Shown: positions 59,791-64,000 of the stretch, piece by piece
How positions within the stretch are numbered: the stretch's first letter is position 1
How the letters are laid out: each line of letters starts with the position of its first letter
Assembly: GCA_036679605.1 (NCBI GenBank)
Contig: JAZDCZ010000347.1
Coordinates: 32,001-96,000, forward strand
Length of the DNA: 64,000 bases
Reading direction: 5' to 3'
DNA from: Gemmatimonadota bacterium
GTDB lineage: Bacteria > Gemmatimonadota > Gemmatimonadetes > Gemmatimonadales > GWC2-71-9
Position numbers and translations under genes: made by a program
The notes under the pieces: model-generated
The model's database searches: none
What the model was told of the DNA's origin: nothing
Seen by the model: only the letters and a program-made list of their open reading frames with translations

Positions 59791-60157
59791 GGCGTTCCTT
59801 TCACTATAGAGTAGATCGAGTGTAGGTTTGCGACCTAACGACAAAGGATTGTATACGGAGTGCTTACGGCCCGCGACTGTCGTCGCTGGATTGGTCGTCG
59901 GGCCCGACGGAAGCATGATATTCCCGGTGGTTTGAGCATTCCTGATACAATCAGTTGAACTAATCCACTGCTGTCAATGGGTGTTGCTATCTGCTTTGCG
60001 ACCTTCGACAAGGTCTCAGATGATCCGCAGTGCGGTTATGCAGCCGAGCTGCTGAGCAGGGAGAGCCGGAATTGGTGAATTGGGAATCTCGAATACGTTG
60101 TTCCCAGTAGCAGCAGTTGGGCCTAAGTGACTTGAGAGCAGATTGCCGCAGCGACTC

Positions 60158-60220
60158 CCCGATCTGCATCACGTCGACACCCCAGTTGCAGCGGCCGTGC
60201 TGGATGTGATAGTGCGGTAG
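60158..60220 (+). pseudogene. Last 20 codons of a third copy of the BTAD regulator
   Basis: Translates as PDLHHVDTPVAAAVLDVIVR*, versus PDYPRHRNTQVAAAVLDVIVR* in the intact gene. Confidence 0.82.
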
Positions 60221-60271
60221 TATGCTGGAATGGGGTGTTGCGCAGTCGCTCCTGCCTCTTGTGGTCTCATA

Positions 60272-60289
60272 TGACGCCCATCTAACGCC
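60272..60289 (+). promoter_or_regulatory. Direct-repeat box 4
   Basis: TGACGCC-CATC-TAACGCC, identical to box 3. Confidence 0.65.
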
Positions 60290-60392
60290 ACCGCTGTATT
60301 GATAAGGGATACGCGAGCTGCGCCGGATTGTCACACCCTCAACCCAGCTTCCAAGACCGGCACCGTTCGCCGCTACCACAGGAGAACCACAG

Positions 60393-60668
60393 ATGGTCAA
60401 TCGGAAGTCCAAGTTTCTTGAGAGCACACTCTGCACGCCACTGACCGTGCCCGATGCACTCTCTGACGCAACAGACTCGGCGACGGCATCCGAGCCGGCC
60501 AAGGATCAGGCATCAGCGAAGTCGGGGGCCGACCAAGCTGACACCGGGGCGCGAGGCACGGCTGGCGAAGGTGAGTGCCCTACCGGCGATGCGATCAACT
60601 CAGAAGGTACCGTCGCCACCAATAAGAGAGCAGTCCTCCTGAATGTAGCGGATGCGATACAGGAGTAG
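60393..60668 (+). CDS. Small conserved peptide, copy 2 (91 aa, apparently full length)
   Basis: GGAG RBS; MVNRKSKFLESTLCTPLTVPDA...GEGECPTGDA...NVADAIQE; stop 8 bp before the lipoprotein ATG. Confidence 0.68.
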   Translation: MVNRKSKFLESTLCTPLTVPDALSDATDSATASEPAKDQASAKSGADQADTGARGTAGEGECPTGDAINSEGTVATNKRAVLLNVADAIQE

Positions 60669-60676
60669 ATCTTTCC

Positions 60677-62476
60677 ATGACGAAACAGCTATTGCATGAA
60701 CATCCGAATATGAGGACCATACCTGCGCTCCGTTATGCCGCCGTCCTCATAACGGCTATTGTTTCGGCCTGTGGTGGTGGCCAGCCCAGCGCACCTGGGG
60801 AGCAGGACGCGTCTGCACCGACGATCCATGTAGCCCCGAGTACCGCCACACTCGTGTCGCTAGGCGCGACTGTTCAATTCGCCGCTACGGCACGAGATGC
60901 CGCTGGCCGTATCATACCGGGCAAGGCATTTACGTGGACGTCAAACGACGGGAATGTGGCGACCGTCAGCGACTCCGGTCTGGTTATGGCGATCGCGAAC
61001 GGACAAACATTTATCACAGCGAGTGCCGATGGCATCCAGGACTCGGCATCACTTACGGTCTCGCAAATAGCCGTTCGACTAAACGTCAAACCAGACAGCT
61101 TGGTTCTGACTGCGATTGGAGATACTGCACGGCTCACTGGGCAGGTGTTCGATGCGAATGACAGCATCGTTGTGGACGCCCCACTGGCCTGGTCGAGCGG
61201 GAATCCGACAGCGGTGACCGTGGACACGACGGGACTAGTGACAGCTCTGAGACGCGGCACTGTAGCAATTGCCGCACAGAGTGGCGCTGTGCGTGATTCT
61301 GCGGTTATCGCTGCGAGATTACCGATTGTTGTCGTGACGCCGAGGGGTAGCGGCTTGAGCGGTGTTGGAAGCACGCTGATCGCAATGGCCGAGTTCCGCG
61401 ATTCCGCTGATAACGCGATTGGTGGTAAGACATTCTCCTGGACCAGTCTGAATCCGACGGTGGCGACCATAGAGCCTGGAACCGGATTAGTCACCGCAGT
61501 TACGAGCGGGCAGGCCATCATTCAGGCTACAGCGGATGGGCTTGGCGGCTACGGACTTATTACCGTCAACGTGGCAGAAGCATCGCCGGCCATGACATGG
61601 GACTCTGTTGCCAGCCCCACGGACACTAGCATGTATTCGGTTTGGGGTTATAGCGCTGACGACGTGTGGGCAGGAGCCATTGGCTCGATCCTGCATTTTG
61701 ACGGAACGGCATGGACCGTGGCGCTCGACACGGGTCTTCCGACATCGGCTTTCATTACTGGGATCTGGGGCAGCCAAGCAGATGACGTGTGGGCCATCGC
61801 CGCCCCCCAAACATTTCTCCACTTCGATGGAGCATCTTGGTCCAAAGTACCCAGTCAGGAAGATTTTGGACCCACAGGTATCTGGGGAAGTGCACCCAAC
61901 GACATCTGGGTGTCTGGATCCTTTGGCATTGGGCATTACGACGGTGATGCCTGGCGTCGGGTAAAGGTCCCTCTGATCTCCGCTGACGTAGAATTCGTCG
62001 GCATCTGGGGCACGGCAGCAGACGACATCTGGGTCGTCGCGAATTCAGCTACCAGACCTGACGTAGCCCTCCACTACGACGGTAAGGATTGGCAAATTGT
62101 TACCATTTCATTTGGCATAAATAACGCAAGTGTCTGGGCGGCAAGCAGTAGTGACGTCTGGATCGTCGGAGCTACTCGCAAACACTTCGACGGCAGCAGT
62201 TGGAGTGTATCTACCACGGACGCAAATGGTACAAGGATTGAGAGCGGTATGCGTTCGGTTTATGGCACTGCACCGGCAGACGTGTATAGCGCCGGCGTCC
62301 CTCAAATTGCCGACGGTGTTGTAAGCGAATCTGGCCTTTTGCACTTCGACGGAGCAGCATGGCAGTATCTTTCAAATCCTGTGTCTACCCAGCTCAACGC
62401 TATATGGGGTCGCGCACCGGGCGTTGTGTGGATGGTGGGTGAGTACGGTGCAATCATTCGAGGTCGCCGGCAGTGA
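60677..62476 (+). CDS. Surface lipoprotein with three Big_2 Ig-like repeats and a WG-type beta-propeller
   Basis: Leader MTKQLLHEHPNM, lipobox VSAC, FTWTSND.NVATV repeats and blades 'IWGS..DD.W...HFDG..W'. Confidence 0.88.
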   Translation: MTKQLLHEHPNMRTIPALRYAAVLITAIVSACGGGQPSAPGEQDASAPTIHVAPSTATLVSLGATVQFAATARDAAGRIIPGKAFTWTSNDGNVATVSDSGLVMAIANGQTFITASADGIQDSASLTVSQIAVRLNVKPDSLVLTAIGDTARLTGQVFDANDSIVVDAPLAWSSGNPTAVTVDTTGLVTALRRGTVAIAAQSGAVRDSAVIAARLPIVVVTPRGSGLSGVGSTLIAMAEFRDSADNAIGGKTFSWTSLNPTVATIEPGTGLVTAVTSGQAIIQATADGLGGYGLITVNVAEASPAMTWDSVASPTDTSMYSVWGYSADDVWAGAIGSILHFDGTAWTVALDTGLPTSAFITGIWGSQADDVWAIAAPQTFLHFDGASWSKVPSQEDFGPTGIWGSAPNDIWVSGSFGIGHYDGDAWRRVKVPLISADVEFVGIWGTAADDIWVVANSATRPDVALHYDGKDWQIVTISFGINNASVWAASSSDVWIVGATRKHFDGSSWSVSTTDANGTRIESGMRSVYGTAPADVYSAGVPQIADGVVSESGLLHFDGAAWQYLSNPVSTQLNAIWGRAPGVVWMVGEYGAIIRGRRQ

Positions 62477-62482
62477 TCTCGG

Positions 62483-62755
62483 GCCGATCGGAAATCCAAG
62501 TTTCTTGAAAGTACCCTCTGCACGCCACTTACCGTACCCGATGCATCCTGTGATGCAACAGACTCGACGACGGCATTCGAGCTGGCCAAGGATCAGGCAT
62601 CAGCGAAATCTGGGGCCGTGCAAGCCGGCACCAAAACACCCAGGAGTGGCGGCGAAGGTGACTGCCCTACCGACGATGCGAGTGACTCAGATGGTACCGT
62701 CGCCACAAACAGAAGATCAGTCATCCCGAATGTAGCGGATGCAATACAGGAGGAG
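62483..62755 (+). pseudogene. Small conserved peptide, copy 3 (no start codon; stop changed to GAG)
   Basis: ADRKSKFLESTLCTPLTVPDA..GTKTPRSGGEGDCPTDD..NVADAIQEE; in frame two codons after the TGA of the upstream gene. Confidence 0.75.
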
Positions 62756-62762
62756 TTTTTCC

Positions 62763-64000
62763 ATGAAGAAACATCTGCTGCATCAACATCCGAATATCAG
62801 CCCCATGACTGTGCTCCGCCATGCCGCCGCCCTGATAACAGCCATTGTGTCAGGCTCTTGCGGTTCGGGTTCTAGGACAGAAACATCAACAGGCCCAACC
62901 GATACTCCGCGCACCCCCCCTGCGCCACCCTCGGTAGCCACGGTGAACGTGCTTCCAGCCAGCGTGACTCTGCTGGCTTTGGGCGCGAGTCAGCAGTTCA
63001 CAGCGATGGCTCTGGCAGCTTCCGGTGACACCATAACGGGCAAGACATTTGCCTGGTCTTCGTCCGATTCAAGTGTGGCGTCAGTCGAAGCGTCTGGTCT
63101 TGCCACTGCCGTCAGTAATGGCACCGCCACTATTCGAGCGACGGTCGAAGGCGTTGGCGGTGCAGGCAGGCTTGAGGTCGCGGTCGCTGAGGTCCTGACA
63201 TCCATTACTGTCACTCCCGACTCAGCTCTCCTGACGGCGCTAGGAGACACGCTACAGTTTGCGGCTGAGGCCCTCGATCTGAATGGAAACACCTTAGCGG
63301 CGCAGCCCTCGTTTACGTGGCGAAGTTCCGACACTGCTGTAGCGACTGTGGACGGGACCGGGCTCGTTGTAGCGGTCGCTAACGGCACCGTGACGATCTC
63401 AGCAGATGTGGGCAACGTCATCGGAACCGCTACCCTCAACATCGACCAAGTGGTGTCGAGCGTGACCGTCACCCCCGATTCGGCCTTACTGACTGCGCTG
63501 GGCGATACTGTAAGGTTTGCGGCTGAGGCGCATGATGCCAACGGGATCTTGCTGGCGACTCAGCCTTCGGTGGTTTGGGGCAGTACTGACTCAGCGGTAG
63601 CGAGCATCGACAACACAGGACTCGCGACGGCCGTCGCCAATGGACCATCCAGCATCATCGCAATCGCAGATGCAGTTGAAGGAAACGGGACCGTCGAGGT
63701 CAGCCCGGTAATCCAGGTCGTTAATGGCCGTAACCACACCTGTGTACTCCTGGCCAATGGAACAGCGTTCTGTTGGGGAAACAATCGCTTCGGTCAGCTC
63801 GGTGATGGTTCCACGGATGAAAGAGCCGAACCGGTGCGTGTACTAGGAACAGTTCGGTTCGTGTTCCTGGCAACTGGAGGCGAAGCCACGACGTGCGGAT
63901 TCGACTCATCAGGGTCGCTATATTGCTGGGGCGACAACCAATGGGGACAGTTCGGCAACGGGACAACCACAAACAGTCTCCAGCCGGTGGTCGCCGGTGG
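62763..64000 (+). CDS. Surface lipoprotein with three Big_2 Ig-like repeats and RCC1-like repeats; runs off the window
   Basis: Absent from the ORF track because it has no stop. Manual translation gives MKKHLLHQHPNI..VSGSC, FAWSSSDSSVASV-type repeats, then HTCVLLANGTAFCWGNNRFGQLGDG and LYCWGDNQWGQFGNG. Confidence 0.88.
   Translation, partial: MKKHLLHQHPNISPMTVLRHAAALITAIVSGSCGSGSRTETSTGPTDTPRTPPAPPSVATVNVLPASVTLLALGASQQFTAMALAASGDTITGKTFAWSSSDSSVASVEASGLATAVSNGTATIRATVEGVGGAGRLEVAVAEVLTSITVTPDSALLTALGDTLQFAAEALDLNGNTLAAQPSFTWRSSDTAVATVDGTGLVVAVANGTVTISADVGNVIGTATLNIDQVVSSVTVTPDSALLTALGDTVRFAAEAHDANGILLATQPSVVWGSTDSAVASIDNTGLATAVANGPSSIIAIADAVEGNGTVEVSPVIQVVNGRNHTCVLLANGTAFCWGNNRFGQLGDGSTDERAEPVRVLGTVRFVFLATGGEATTCGFDSSGSLYCWGDNQWGQFGNGTTTNSLQPVVAG

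Noticed and set aside
55851..62755. Complete RiPP biosynthetic cluster
   Set aside because: No ATP-grasp, radical SAM, YcaO, peptidase or exporter gene is in the window. It is kept only as a hypothesis for the peptide.
55655..62762. CRISPR array or diversity-generating retroelement
   Set aside because: The repeats are hundreds of bp long and kb apart. There is no cas or reverse transcriptase gene, and the differences are not adenine-specific.

Overview
Bacterial chromosomal window, probably Gemmatimonadota. This is inferred from the paired 'ALADRY'-type Ser/Thr kinase-propeller genes, the carboxypeptidase-regulatory/plug proteins and the Big_2 lipoproteins. From left to right it holds six blocks. 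(1) A HEAT + processive GT2 + TPR/beta-barrel exopolysaccharide-type locus with an acidic propeller lipoprotein, divergent from yajQ. (2) Kinases, a methyltransferase, a HAD enzyme and amidohydrolases. (3) An unusual translation cluster: an archaeal-type GatE-GatD amidotransferase in one apparent operon with bacterial glnS, divergent from a shortened gltX. (4) An rrf2-cytochrome c-narGHJI-narK-narK operon whose alpha/beta subunits resemble the cytoplasmic NXR-like branch, with narG frameshifted by a 31-bp tandem duplication. (5) Acyltransferase, amidohydrolase, TauE and acyl-CoA synthetase genes. (6) A ~17-kb variable region built from a repeated module: the 3' end of a membrane-anchored BTAD/SARP-STAND regulator, a TRACGCC-N4-TRACGYC direct-repeat box, a small conserved peptide ORF, and an Ig-repeat surface lipoprotein with a different C-terminal head each time. 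This region is interrupted by an SPFH/zinc-ribbon operon, an IS256 scar and a GIY-YIG-like gene. No rRNA, tRNA or CRISPR array was recognised. All family calls come from motifs read by eye; no database search was run.
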